Positions 21,017-30,686 of a stretch of 64,000 nucleotides of DNA are shown here, piece by piece. The notes under the pieces are model-generated. The model was not told the DNA's origin. It saw only the letters and a list, made by a program, of their open reading frames with translations, and made no database searches. Within the stretch, counting starts at the first letter, position 1; the number at the start of each line of letters is the position of its first letter. Origin of the DNA: Alphaproteobacteria bacterium (GTDB lineage Bacteria > Pseudomonadota > Alphaproteobacteria > RF32 > CAG-239); assembly GCA_017937705.1 (NCBI GenBank), contig JAGBDC010000029.1, positions 27 through 64,026 on the forward strand, read 5' to 3'. The position numbers were made by a program, and so were the translations under genes.

Positions 21017-22447
21017 ATGAAAGTAAGAACTCGTTTTGCACCATCACCGACCGGATATATGCACATTGGAAATTTGCGTACGGCACTATATGAATATCTT
21101 ATAGCAAAGTCTTGCGGTGGTGATTTTTTGCTTCGTATTGAAGATACAGATCAAAAACGTTATGTAGAAGGTTCTACCGACATTATATATAATACCCTCA
21201 AAACCGTTAATATGAATTGGGATGAAGGTCCTGATATTGGCGGAAACTATGGCCCCTATGTTCAATCAGAACGCAAATCAATATATAAAGAATATGCCGA
21301 AAAATTAGTAGAACTCGGCGGAGCACATTATTGTTTCTGCGGTGCAAGAGAAGAAGAAAGCGAAGAAGATGATAAAGTGCCGACAAAATTTAAGGACCCG
21401 TGTAAAAATATTTCGTTAGAAGAAGCGAAAGCCAGAGTTGCAGCCGGAGAACCTTATACAATTCGTCAAACAATTAATAAAAAAGGTATTTCTCATTTTC
21501 ATGATGAAGTGTATGGAGATATCGAAATTGATTATGATGAATTGGATGAAGGTGTTTTGTTAAAAACAGATGGTTTGCCTACCTATAATTTTGCTAATGT
21601 GGTTGATGATCATTTGATGGAAATAAGTCATGTTGTCAGAGGAAATGAATATATTTCATCTACTCCTAAATATAATCTTATATATGAAACATTCGGCTGG
21701 ACACCTCCGGTATATGTTCATGTCCCTCAAGTTATGAAAGATGCTCAGCACAAGTTAAGCAAAAGAAATGGTGATGCTTCTTTCCAAGATTTGGTAGCCA
21801 AAGGATATTTACCCGAAGCAATTTTGAACTATATCGCATTACTCGGATGGAATCCTGGAACTGATAAAGAAATTTTCTCTTTGGAAGAGTTGAAACAATG
21901 TTTTACGGTTGAGCGTCTGAATAAATCTCCGGCAATATTTGATATTGTAAAACTTACTTGGATGAACGGTTGCTACATCAGAGAATTGTCTGCAGAAAAA
22001 TTTCATGAATTGGCAATGCCTTATTATGAACAACATTTGACACGCAGATTGAATTTACAATTGTTGAGCAGTGTTTTACAACCTCGAATTGAAACATTAA
22101 AAGACATTATTTCTCAAACAGATTTCTTTGAAAATTTGCCGGAATACAATCTGGATCTTTATGTAAACAAAAAAATGAAAACAGATACGGAAGTTGCTAA
22201 AAAAACATTGGTCTTGTCGCTTGATATATTAAAAACAGTTGATGACTGGAAAAATGAAGTATTATTTGAACAGCTGAAAAACTTGGCAGTTGCCAATGAA
22301 CTTAAAAACGGGCAAGTTTTATATCCTTTGCGTATAGCTTTAAGCGGAAAAGAAACAACTTCCGGGGGAGCAACGGAGATTGCCGCAATTTTGGGCAAAG
22401 ATGAAACTCTTAATCGTATAGAACAAGCATTGCAAAAATTAGGATAA
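21017..22447 (+). CDS. gltX: Glutamate--tRNA ligase
   Basis: Class I motifs PSPTGYMHIGN (HIGH) and KLSKR (KMSKS). Confidence 0.95.
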   Translation: MKVRTRFAPSPTGYMHIGNLRTALYEYLIAKSCGGDFLLRIEDTDQKRYVEGSTDIIYNTLKTVNMNWDEGPDIGGNYGPYVQSERKSIYKEYAEKLVELGGAHYCFCGAREEESEEDDKVPTKFKDPCKNISLEEAKARVAAGEPYTIRQTINKKGISHFHDEVYGDIEIDYDELDEGVLLKTDGLPTYNFANVVDDHLMEISHVVRGNEYISSTPKYNLIYETFGWTPPVYVHVPQVMKDAQHKLSKRNGDASFQDLVAKGYLPEAILNYIALLGWNPGTDKEIFSLEELKQCFTVERLNKSPAIFDIVKLTWMNGCYIRELSAEKFHELAMPYYEQHLTRRLNLQLLSSVLQPRIETLKDIISQTDFFENLPEYNLDLYVNKKMKTDTEVAKKTLVLSLDILKTVDDWKNEVLFEQLKNLAVANELKNGQVLYPLRIALSGKETTSGGATEIAAILGKDETLNRIEQALQKLG

Positions 22448-22450
22448 AAA

Positions 22451-22840
22451 ATGAAAGAAGTCGGAACCGGCATAATTGTTCGTAACGGAAAAGTTTTAAT
22501 TGCTCAGCGTCCCCAAGGTAAGCCTTTAGCCGGATTATGGGAATTTCCTGGAGGAAAGCAGGAAGTAGGGGAAACAATTGAACAATGCTTAAAAAGAGAG
22601 TTGAAAGAGGAACTTGATATAGAGTCTGAAGTAGGGCAATTTATAATGGAAGCGGTTTATAATGGTCCTAATTGTGATTTTAGGCTGAAAGTTTTCTTTG
22701 TTCATATTTCTGAAAATGCAGAATTGACATTAAATGTTCATGATGATGCTAAATGGGTATCTCCATCAGAAATGTCAAATTTTGAATTTCCTCCGGCGGA
22801 TATTGCAATCGTAAAAAAATTGCAAACGATGAAGATATAA
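22451..22840 (+). CDS. NUDIX hydrolase (MutT-like)
   Basis: Nudix box GGKQEVGETIEQCLKRELKEELDI. Confidence 0.85.
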   Translation: MKEVGTGIIVRNGKVLIAQRPQGKPLAGLWEFPGGKQEVGETIEQCLKRELKEELDIESEVGQFIMEAVYNGPNCDFRLKVFFVHISENAELTLNVHDDAKWVSPSEMSNFEFPPADIAIVKKLQTMKI

Positions 22841-22912
22841 AATTGACAACAAAAAGAACAGAATGTATTATTGCGGTAATTGTAAATTATTTACCCTAAA
22901 TACTATTCTGTT

Positions 22913-23401
22913 ATGTTTGTAAATGTGTTCATTGCGGTACTGTTTACCGTGTTTATGGTACTGATGATTGCTTGCGCCAGCTCAAGTTTTTTGTTCAAAG
23001 ACAATAAAGAGACGTTTCTTGGAGAAAGCTGTTTGGATGAAGCAATCAAAGCTGAAGAGGTTCCCATGATACGCAAATGGTTTGCGGATATTGTGGCTGA
23101 CCGTGCTCTATCCGATGAAGACCAAAGCAAAATCCGAAAAAGTCTGGATAAACTTCGTCCCGGCAAAACTTACGGAACTGTTGCTTGTTGGTTTATCTTG
23201 TTGCTCAAACATTATCCTTCAACAAATTGGAGCATAATATCTTTTAGAGCATACAACTCTCAAATTTCGCTGATGGCAATAAAAAATCAAGCGAGATTAT
23301 CCGATGAAGTAAAAAACAACACAGGCATTTGTTTGAAAATGTGTGATTGTTTTTTGTACAACATGCGTAGGTACGACTTGTTAACAGAAAGCTACTGTTA
23401 A
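22913..23401 (+). CDS. Hypothetical protein with N-terminal TM helix
   Basis: 162-aa ORF followed by a clean terminator. No recognisable motif and no obvious RBS. A competing 87-aa antisense ORF exists. Confidence 0.35.
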   Translation: MFVNVFIAVLFTVFMVLMIACASSSFLFKDNKETFLGESCLDEAIKAEEVPMIRKWFADIVADRALSDEDQSKIRKSLDKLRPGKTYGTVACWFILLLKHYPSTNWSIISFRAYNSQISLMAIKNQARLSDEVKNNTGICLKMCDCFLYNMRRYDLLTESYC

Positions 23402-23425
23402 TTATCTCTCTTCTACCAATTTATT

Positions 23426-23456
23426 AATCCCGAAAATTTAATTTTCGGGATTTTTT
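23426..23456 (+). terminator. Rho-independent terminator
   Basis: AATCCCGAAAAT-tta-ATTTTCGGGATT followed by a T-run. Confidence 0.6.
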
Positions 23457-23495
23457 GTGGTTGACGATTATCAGTAGAGATAATACATTTATATT

Positions 23496-24611
23496 ATGAA
23501 AAAAATAACATTTAACATAGAGAATAATAGCTTAATTTTATCAATCAATGGCGACATATTGCTTTATGATGATGATGAAAAGAAACAAAAGTTATATGAT
23601 GCAGCCAAAAATGATAAAATAACAAAGATAGTTATTGATGCCACACAATTGCAACAATGGGATTCCTCATTAGTTGCGATAATATTTGAATTGGCTAAGA
23701 TTACATTAAAAAGAAAAATAAAATTAGATAAGATAAATTTTCCTAACGGGCTGGATAGATTATTAAATCTGGCTTTATCCGTAGATAGAAAGCCTGCTCA
23801 AATTATCGAAAATAAAAAATCTTTTTTGGAATGTATAGGAGACTGGGGAATAAATGTTTATACCGGTTTTAACAAAGGAACAGATTTCTTAAAACAATCA
23901 TGGCAAGCACTCAAAAGATTACTTTCCGGCAAATCGGTTATGCGGGGTATAGATTTATCATTTGCTTTGGAAGATTGCGGATATAAGGCAATACCGATAG
24001 TGACCTTAATCAGCTTTATGGTAGGGCTGATTTTGGCGTTTGTCGGTGCTGTTCAGTTAAAAACTTTTGGGGCTCAAATATATGTGGCAAGTTTGGTTAC
24101 AATAGGTATGACCAGAATTATGGGAGCGATTATGACCGGAATAATCATGGCCGGCCGTACCGGTGCTTCTTATGCTGCAACGATAGGAACAATGCAAGTA
24201 AATGAAGAAGTTGATGCCCTCAAAACCATGGGAATAAATCCGGTTGATTTTTTGGTATTGCCCAGAATGGTGGCTTTAACCGTTACTATGCCTATCCTCA
24301 CGATGTGGGCAGATTTTATGGGAATGCTCGGCGGTGGTTTTGTTGGAGTGACAATGCTTGGTATTCCGATGCAAAAATATTGGGATATGTCTATTTCAGC
24401 AATAAGTTTGGATAATTTTTTAGTGGGTATATTCCACGGTCTTGTTTTTGGAATTGTAACGGCAATTTGCGGATGTTATTATGGTGTTCACTGTGGCAGA
24501 AATGCGGATAGTGTAGGATTGGCAACAACTAAGGCCGTCGTTGCTGCTATTGTATGGATGATTGTTATGACCGGAATTATAACCGTAGTTTGTGAGGTAA
24601 TAGGGATATGA
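23496..24611 (+). CDS. MlaE-family ABC permease with N-terminal STAS-like domain
   Basis: The first ~100 aa look STAS/MlaB-like. The C-terminal part has the MlaE signature region AGRTGASYAATIGTMQVNEEVDALKTMG. Confidence 0.85.
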   Translation: MKKITFNIENNSLILSINGDILLYDDDEKKQKLYDAAKNDKITKIVIDATQLQQWDSSLVAIIFELAKITLKRKIKLDKINFPNGLDRLLNLALSVDRKPAQIIENKKSFLECIGDWGINVYTGFNKGTDFLKQSWQALKRLLSGKSVMRGIDLSFALEDCGYKAIPIVTLISFMVGLILAFVGAVQLKTFGAQIYVASLVTIGMTRIMGAIMTGIIMAGRTGASYAATIGTMQVNEEVDALKTMGINPVDFLVLPRMVALTVTMPILTMWADFMGMLGGGFVGVTMLGIPMQKYWDMSISAISLDNFLVGIFHGLVFGIVTAICGCYYGVHCGRNADSVGLATTKAVVAAIVWMIVMTGIITVVCEVIGI

Positions 24612-25372
24612 CAGAATCACAAGCGAAAATAGTGGCCAAGGATTTAACTATCGGTTATGGAGATTTCATTTTATTAAAAGATGCAAATTTTCAAATTAAT
24701 AAACATGACATATTTATCATAATGGGAGGGTCCGGTTGTGGTAAAAGCAGTATGTTAAGAGTGCTTACAGGACTTGTAAAACCATTGAGCGGAAAAGTTT
24801 TTGCAGATGGAGTTGATTTTACATCGGCATCAGCAAAAACAAAAAATAAAATAATGCAGGGAAACGGAATTTTATATCAAAGCGGTGCTTTGTTCAGTTC
24901 GATGACTTTAGCCGAAAATATTGCTCTGCCGATGCAATTGTATACTGAATATTCAACTTCACAAATAAAAGAACTGGCTTCATTAAAACTTGCCTTAGTC
25001 GGACTGGCCGGTTTTGAAGACTATTACCCGTCAGAGATAAGCGGAGGTATGAAAAAAAGAGCCGGTTTGGCCAGAGCTTTAGCACTTGATCCGGAAATAG
25101 TATATTTTGATGAACCATCTGCCGGTCTTGATCCGGTCAGTTCTAAACTTTTAGATGATTTGATCATTGATATAAACCAAACACTTGGAACAACAATAGT
25201 TATTGTAACCCACGAATTGAGTTCCATATTTGCGGTCGGTAATAATTCAATTTTTCTTGATGGAGAAACAAAATCTATTTTGGCTAAAGGAAATCCTAAC
25301 GAGCTATTAAAAAATCCGCCTAATAAAAAAGTATTACAATTCTTAACCCGAGGAGAGGGAAAAAATGCGTAA
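24608..25372 (+). CDS. MlaF-type ABC transporter ATP-binding protein
   Basis: Walker A GGSGCGKSS, signature SGGMKKRAGLA, Walker B IVYFDEPSAGLD. Confidence 0.9.
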   Translation: MTESQAKIVAKDLTIGYGDFILLKDANFQINKHDIFIIMGGSGCGKSSMLRVLTGLVKPLSGKVFADGVDFTSASAKTKNKIMQGNGILYQSGALFSSMTLAENIALPMQLYTEYSTSQIKELASLKLALVGLAGFEDYYPSEISGGMKKRAGLARALALDPEIVYFDEPSAGLDPVSSKLLDDLIIDINQTLGTTIVIVTHELSSIFAVGNNSIFLDGETKSILAKGNPNELLKNPPNKKVLQFLTRGEGKNA

Positions 25373-26132
25373 AAAACCTAATAATAAAATGATAGGACTA
25401 TTTATAATATGCGGAATAGCATTGTTTTTCGCTATTATCGGAATGTTTATTTCCGATAAAATCTTACAAGGTTCAAATCGTATGGTAGTAATGTATTTTT
25501 CAGAGTCAATAAAAGGGCTGGATGTTGGTTCTCCCGTTGTTTTCAAAGGAGTTGCTATCGGAAAAGTATCAAAAATTGATATCGTAGCTGATTTAAATAA
25601 TCTAAATTTCAGTATTCCTGTTTATGTTACTTTTAGAGAAAATAAATTAAGCTCGCACCAACCGAGAGAAGGAACACGCCAAATTTTAAAAGAATTGGTT
25701 GAAAACGGTTTGCGGGCTCGTTTAGCTACCCAAAATTATTTAACCGGACAGTTGATGATTGAACTTGAATTTGTAAAAGGAGCAGAAGCCGTTTATCGTT
25801 CTCGACCGGAAAGTAAAATTCCGGAAATACCGACGGTTCTTTCACAATTAGCTGAATTATCTCGAGGAATACAGGAGCTTCCTTTACGCGAAACATTCAA
25901 GAAAATCGGCAAATTTTTTGATAGCTTAAACGATGAAATTATTCCGCAGATGAACGGATTAATGAAGGAGTTTTCTACAATACCTGATGGAGCAAAAGGA
26001 GTTCCTCAAACTATCAATAACTTTAACAAGGCTATGCAAAATATATCAAATGCAGCAAAATCATTAGGTAATTTTGCTGATTATATCGAAAGACATCCCG
26101 AAGCATTATTGCGAGGAAAAGGAGGATATTAG
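25365..26132 (+). CDS. MCE/MlaD-family substrate-binding protein
   Basis: N-terminal TM helix followed by an MCE domain (GLDVGSPVVFKGVAIGKVSKI). Confidence 0.8.
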   Translation: MRKKPNNKMIGLFIICGIALFFAIIGMFISDKILQGSNRMVVMYFSESIKGLDVGSPVVFKGVAIGKVSKIDIVADLNNLNFSIPVYVTFRENKLSSHQPREGTRQILKELVENGLRARLATQNYLTGQLMIELEFVKGAEAVYRSRPESKIPEIPTVLSQLAELSRGIQELPLRETFKKIGKFFDSLNDEIIPQMNGLMKEFSTIPDGAKGVPQTINNFNKAMQNISNAAKSLGNFADYIERHPEALLRGKGGY

Positions 26133-26690
26133 ATGAAAAAATATGTAGTTGTATTTACTTTGTTGTTGAGTGCTTGTGCAATGAGCCCAAATTCGCATTT
26201 TTACCAATTACAAGCACAAAAAAATGATATTGCAATAAGCAATCGTTCAATAAGTGTAGGGATTGAAGAAGTTGATGTCCCTCAATATATTGACAGACCT
26301 CAAATTGTTTTGATTAAGAAAAATAGTAGCGAATTAAGTGTGTCCGAATTTCATCGTTGGGCGGAACCGCTTACTTCTTCTGTCACTCGTATCTTAGCCG
26401 ATGATTTATCGTCGTTTATGCCAAAGTCTGTTGTAAAACCTCAAAGCTATACAATGGAACAGTTCAATTTTACGATTAATGTTGAAATAAACAAGTTTGA
26501 TGCAGAATTAAACGATAAAGTAACTCTTGATGCTTGGTGGACAATTTATCGTAACGGTAAAAATGTTGCTCGAGGCAGAAGCACATTAGATGCACCGGCC
26601 GGAGATACTTATGACAGCATTGTTAATGCACAAAGCAATTTAATAAATGAAATGGCCAAACAAATAGCTCAAAAACTTTCCAAACTATAG
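26133..26690 (+). CDS. PqiC/YmbA-like ABC-transport auxiliary lipoprotein
   Basis: Lipobox LLSAC and an early HFYQL motif. Last gene of the Mla/Pqi-type operon. Confidence 0.7.
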   Translation: MKKYVVVFTLLLSACAMSPNSHFYQLQAQKNDIAISNRSISVGIEEVDVPQYIDRPQIVLIKKNSSELSVSEFHRWAEPLTSSVTRILADDLSSFMPKSVVKPQSYTMEQFNFTINVEINKFDAELNDKVTLDAWWTIYRNGKNVARGRSTLDAPAGDTYDSIVNAQSNLINEMAKQIAQKLSKL

Positions 26691-26698
26691 AGGATAAA

Positions 26699-27919
26699 AT
26701 GCAGAACTTGACTGAAATACTTGCTCATTACGGAGTAAAAGGCGAAGTTACCGGAATTAATGTCGGTCCGATGGTAAAACAAATAGAATTTCTACCGGAA
26801 GCGGGAACGAAAATAAAAACTATAACGACATCACTTGAAGATATAGCACGAGAAATGGGAGAAACATCTTTACGTGTTGAACCCATTGCCGGAACGTCGA
26901 AATTAGGATTTGAATTTCCTGCTGATGAAATGCAAACAGTCAGCTTTCCTGATATTATAGAAAGTGAAGAATTTAAAAATGTAAAAGGGAAGTTGCCTAT
27001 TTGTTTGGGAGTTGATATTGCCGGAAAACCTGTTTATGCCGATTTGGCAAAAATGCCCCATTTGTTAATTGCCGGCACAACAGGTTCAGGGAAATCGGTA
27101 GGTTTAAATACGTTTATGCTTTCGCTGATTGCTAACAAAAAGCCTAATGACATAAAATTTGTTTTAATAGACCCGAAACGTATAGAATTTTCTATATATA
27201 ACAATCAACGATATCTTCTTGCTCCGGTTGTAACCGATAATGCATTGGCTTCGGCAACATTATGCTATTTGGTTGATGAAATGGAAAAACGTTATGCAAT
27301 GTTTGAGAAAGAGTTGGTAAGAAATATTGAAGAATACCATGAACGTTGTGGAGCTTTGCCATATATAGTTTGTGTTATTGACGAGTTTGCAGATTTGATG
27401 GCAGCAGATAAAAAAGTTGAAGATTCCGTACAAAGATTAGCTCAAAAAGCCAGAGCAGCAGGAATACATTTAATGCTTGCAACTCAGCGTCCGTCTGTTG
27501 ATGTGGTTACAGGTGTGTTAAAAGCAAACTTTCCGACACGTTTATCCTATAAAGTTGCATCTCAGGCAGATTCGAGAACTATATTGGATATGGCCGGAGC
27601 CGAAGATTTATTAGGTAGAGGCGATGCTTTGTTTTTGCCTCAAAACGGCGAATTAAAAAGAATACACGGAGCCTATGTGACAGATGCAGAAATTGCTAAA
27701 ATTTTAGAACCGTATAAATGTGAAATAAAACCATTGCCGCTAAAAACAGAAGAAGAAAACAGTAAGGAAAATAAATCCGTAAAAGAGAAAAAGAAAGAAG
27801 GATTTTTCCGCAGATGTTTGAACTGGTGGAGTTCTTTGCGCGTAAGAGAACGTAAAGTAATTATAAACGGTTTCAAATATTGTATAACCATGTTCTTGGG
27901 AACTAAAAAAAGGAGATAA
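26699..27919 (+). CDS. FtsK/SpoIIIE-family DNA translocase, motor domain only
   Basis: Walker A GTTGSGKSV, Walker B VCVIDEFADL, and LATQRPSVDV. No N-terminal membrane domain and no recognisable gamma domain. Basic C-terminal tail. Confidence 0.8.
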   Translation: MQNLTEILAHYGVKGEVTGINVGPMVKQIEFLPEAGTKIKTITTSLEDIAREMGETSLRVEPIAGTSKLGFEFPADEMQTVSFPDIIESEEFKNVKGKLPICLGVDIAGKPVYADLAKMPHLLIAGTTGSGKSVGLNTFMLSLIANKKPNDIKFVLIDPKRIEFSIYNNQRYLLAPVVTDNALASATLCYLVDEMEKRYAMFEKELVRNIEEYHERCGALPYIVCVIDEFADLMAADKKVEDSVQRLAQKARAAGIHLMLATQRPSVDVVTGVLKANFPTRLSYKVASQADSRTILDMAGAEDLLGRGDALFLPQNGELKRIHGAYVTDAEIAKILEPYKCEIKPLPLKTEEENSKENKSVKEKKKEGFFRRCLNWWSSLRVRERKVIINGFKYCITMFLGTKKRR

Positions 27920-27922
27920 AAA

Positions 27923-28558
27923 ATGAAGGTATTATTGATTAATGGTTCGCCAAATGAAAAAGGTTGCACTTATACAGCATTGAAAGAAATTGCCACCGAA
28001 CTAGAAAAAGAAGGTATCGGTTCGGAAATCTATTATATCGGAACAGATGCTATTGCTCCTTGTCATGCTTGCCGAGCTTGTAGGCAATTAGGCAAATGTA
28101 TAATCAATGACAAAGTAAACGATTTTGTCGCAAAAGCCAAAGATTTTGACGGATTTGTGATTGGTTCGCCAGTGCATTATGCTTCAGCAAGCGGTTGTTT
28201 AGTGCCATTTATGGACAGAGCATTCTTTTCTGCTTCTATGGGCGGAAATGGCGATGTTTTTCGCTTAAAACCAGCCACAGCTATTGTCAGTGCCCGTCGT
28301 GCCGGAACAACAGCAACTCTTGACCAACTTAACAAATATTTTCAAATTACTCAAATGCCGGTAATTTCCGGACGTTATTGGAATATGGTGCACGGTTCAA
28401 ATCCTCAGGAAGTTTTGCAAGATGAGGAAGGTATGCAAAATATGAGAATATTGGCTCGCAATATGGCTTATCACTTAAAATGCAAAGAAGCTGCAACCAA
28501 AGCCGGCATTAAAGAACCCGAAAATGAACCCCCAACATTTACAAACTTTATAAGATAA
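27923..28558 (+). CDS. Flavodoxin-like NAD(P)H-dependent FMN reductase / iron-sulfur flavoprotein family
   Basis: MKVLLINGSPNEKGCT start, Cys cluster CHACRACRQLGKC, and GSPVHYASASG. Confidence 0.75.
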   Translation: MKVLLINGSPNEKGCTYTALKEIATELEKEGIGSEIYYIGTDAIAPCHACRACRQLGKCIINDKVNDFVAKAKDFDGFVIGSPVHYASASGCLVPFMDRAFFSASMGGNGDVFRLKPATAIVSARRAGTTATLDQLNKYFQITQMPVISGRYWNMVHGSNPQEVLQDEEGMQNMRILARNMAYHLKCKEAATKAGIKEPENEPPTFTNFIR

Positions 28559-28721
28559 AAACAATATTTTCAAATAGTTATTGCCTTTATGATAAAACTC
28601 GACAGGGTGTAGTATATTAAAATATCATGTTTTATCAATAATGATTATAGCATTGACTTTATGGACAAAAAATGTTAACATTAAAATGCTTAAAAAATTA
28701 TTCTAATAACACTATACTATT

Positions 28722-29372
28722 ATGAAAAAGGCGTTTTTCAAAATTTTAGTTTGTTTGGCGCTAGGCGTTATTACAACTTCTTGCGTTTTGTCCGATGATG
28801 AGATACTTAATGTTTCTCCGGACACCGAAATGATATGTGCTCCTGCAACGGATACACATTATTCGGTTTACTGTGTCGGATCTCACGGCTCAAAACTTTC
28901 TACATTAGCTCCGTACATCTACATTGATGAGGCTAGTGAGGAAAGCAATATCGTAGATGCCTATTGTGTAGGTGATTATCTTGAAATGAGTGTCGTACCG
29001 CTATCTGCAAATTATTACACGGAAAACGGTATCAACTTTGTTCGAGAAACCTACAAAGTGGCTTTATTTTTCGACACGTATGTCGTGCGTTATTATTTTG
29101 TCGTTGTGCTTCCACGAGTTTATTCTTCAGAGTGCAAGCACTATAACCCATCTTTTGAATTGATTGATTATCAAACCAAAGAATTAGGAGATGAAGAGGA
29201 TGGTGACAAACTATATTTTTGCACGGAAGCGACTATTACCCTTAGGGCACATCAAGGTGAGAAAACCTTTGATTTTGTCAAAACGGTAAAACTCAGACAG
29301 GAGTATGTCGACGTCATTATCAATATCGGAATCAATCCCGGTTTTGATGGTGAGAATAATACCGAAGTCTAG
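28722..29372 (+). CDS. Hypothetical lipoprotein
   Basis: Lipobox ITTSC followed by VLSDDE. Has its own terminator. Looks less AT-rich than its neighbours (by eye, not computed). Confidence 0.6.
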   Translation: MKKAFFKILVCLALGVITTSCVLSDDEILNVSPDTEMICAPATDTHYSVYCVGSHGSKLSTLAPYIYIDEASEESNIVDAYCVGDYLEMSVVPLSANYYTENGINFVRETYKVALFFDTYVVRYYFVVVLPRVYSSECKHYNPSFELIDYQTKELGDEEDGDKLYFCTEATITLRAHQGEKTFDFVKTVKLRQEYVDVIINIGINPGFDGENNTEV

Positions 29373-29406
29373 AGGTTACGATGTCGAGTGTTTGACGCTA
29401 AAAATT

Positions 29407-29432
29407 ACACCGCTAATCGGCGGTGTTTTTTT
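29407..29432 (+). terminator. Rho-independent terminator
   Basis: ACACCGC-taatcg-GCGGTGT followed by tttttt. Confidence 0.65.
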
Positions 29433-29565
29433 GTGGCATACAAGAGAGGAATGTTAAATTTTTTAATATATCTGATGGGGACTAGAATATATGTCAGTAA
29501 TTGATATAAAATTTAATGTTGAAAATTAAAGGTCATTATTATAATGTGATGGTAAGGAGAAAGCC

Positions 29566-30618
29566 ATGCAGATAAATCAGTTTTTAAAAAAAATAAATCA
29601 ATATTTGTTTTCGGGTAATATTTTTAAACTCTTTTTTTCTTATAAAGGTGTAATTGCTCGTACACCGTACATAATAGCTGTTTTTTTACTTTTGATGATG
29701 ACAAGATTATGTATATTGGGTTTCATATCATATATTATAGTATTTTTCCTGTTAATATATTGTTTGACTGCTTTGGTGCAAAAACGTGCAAGATCGTTTA
29801 GAAGTTCGGGGACAGGATATATTTTAACAAATATTGCATTGCTTTACACCGGTGCCTTGACTTATGATATAGATGTATCTTTTTTCCCTACAATCAAATG
29901 GGGCATATATGCAGTTATTACTATTGCCATATTAGCTAATTTGCTTCTTGTCATACGTCCTTCAAAACAAAATATTGACGAACAAAAGAGAAGTTTTTTA
30001 ACTCGTTTTCCTATTGTTTTTACAATCATAACCATTATCGGAATTTTTGGTATGTTTGAATTAAAAGACAAATACATGCCTGATACTAATCGACCGGCTT
30101 TTCATTTGGGACTTGCCGTAGGAGAGATATATCGGCATACGTATGCTTATCCGGAATTTTGTATGGCGCAAGGATATGAAATGATTAATTATCCGAACAA
30201 GGTAAGAGAAAAATTCAAAAAAGAAATAGAAATAGCAGAAAATGATCAAATGGCACTGTTAAAGAAAAATTTTGAATTGGGAAATTTAACGGAAAATTAT
30301 AATAATATAAATGAGTTTTATAATGGAAGAGATTGGGGCACTAAAGAAGAGAGATTCAGCGGAGTGTCGAGTTTTTTTGAAGCATTAAGAGAGCAATTAA
30401 TTGTTATAGACATTGCAAAAGAACAAAACATTGAACCGGATGAAGTAAAATTGACGAAAGAGGATAATAAACGAGTTAGTTTGAAAGAAGTCTGTAAAGT
30501 TATTGACGATGATGCAGAGTATTTTGTATCTGTGGATTGTCCTTTTAATTATATTTTGAGTTATGCAGGTACATATTCAAATTGCGGAACATATTTTAAT
30601 ACTAAAGAGCCACAATAA
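29566..30618 (+). CDS. Hypothetical membrane protein (DUF805-like N-terminus plus soluble C-terminal domain)
   Basis: About 5 TM helices in the first 170 aa (FSYKGVIARTPY resembles the DUF805 start). The C-terminal ~180 aa have no recognised motif. Confidence 0.6.
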   Translation: MQINQFLKKINQYLFSGNIFKLFFSYKGVIARTPYIIAVFLLLMMTRLCILGFISYIIVFFLLIYCLTALVQKRARSFRSSGTGYILTNIALLYTGALTYDIDVSFFPTIKWGIYAVITIAILANLLLVIRPSKQNIDEQKRSFLTRFPIVFTIITIIGIFGMFELKDKYMPDTNRPAFHLGLAVGEIYRHTYAYPEFCMAQGYEMINYPNKVREKFKKEIEIAENDQMALLKKNFELGNLTENYNNINEFYNGRDWGTKEERFSGVSSFFEALREQLIVIDIAKEQNIEPDEVKLTKEDNKRVSLKEVCKVIDDDAEYFVSVDCPFNYILSYAGTYSNCGTYFNTKEPQ

Positions 30619-30686
30619 AAATTTATTAAAACAAAACTCCGCATTTTACCAAACAAAATGCGGAGTTTTGCCGAATATGAAAAGGT

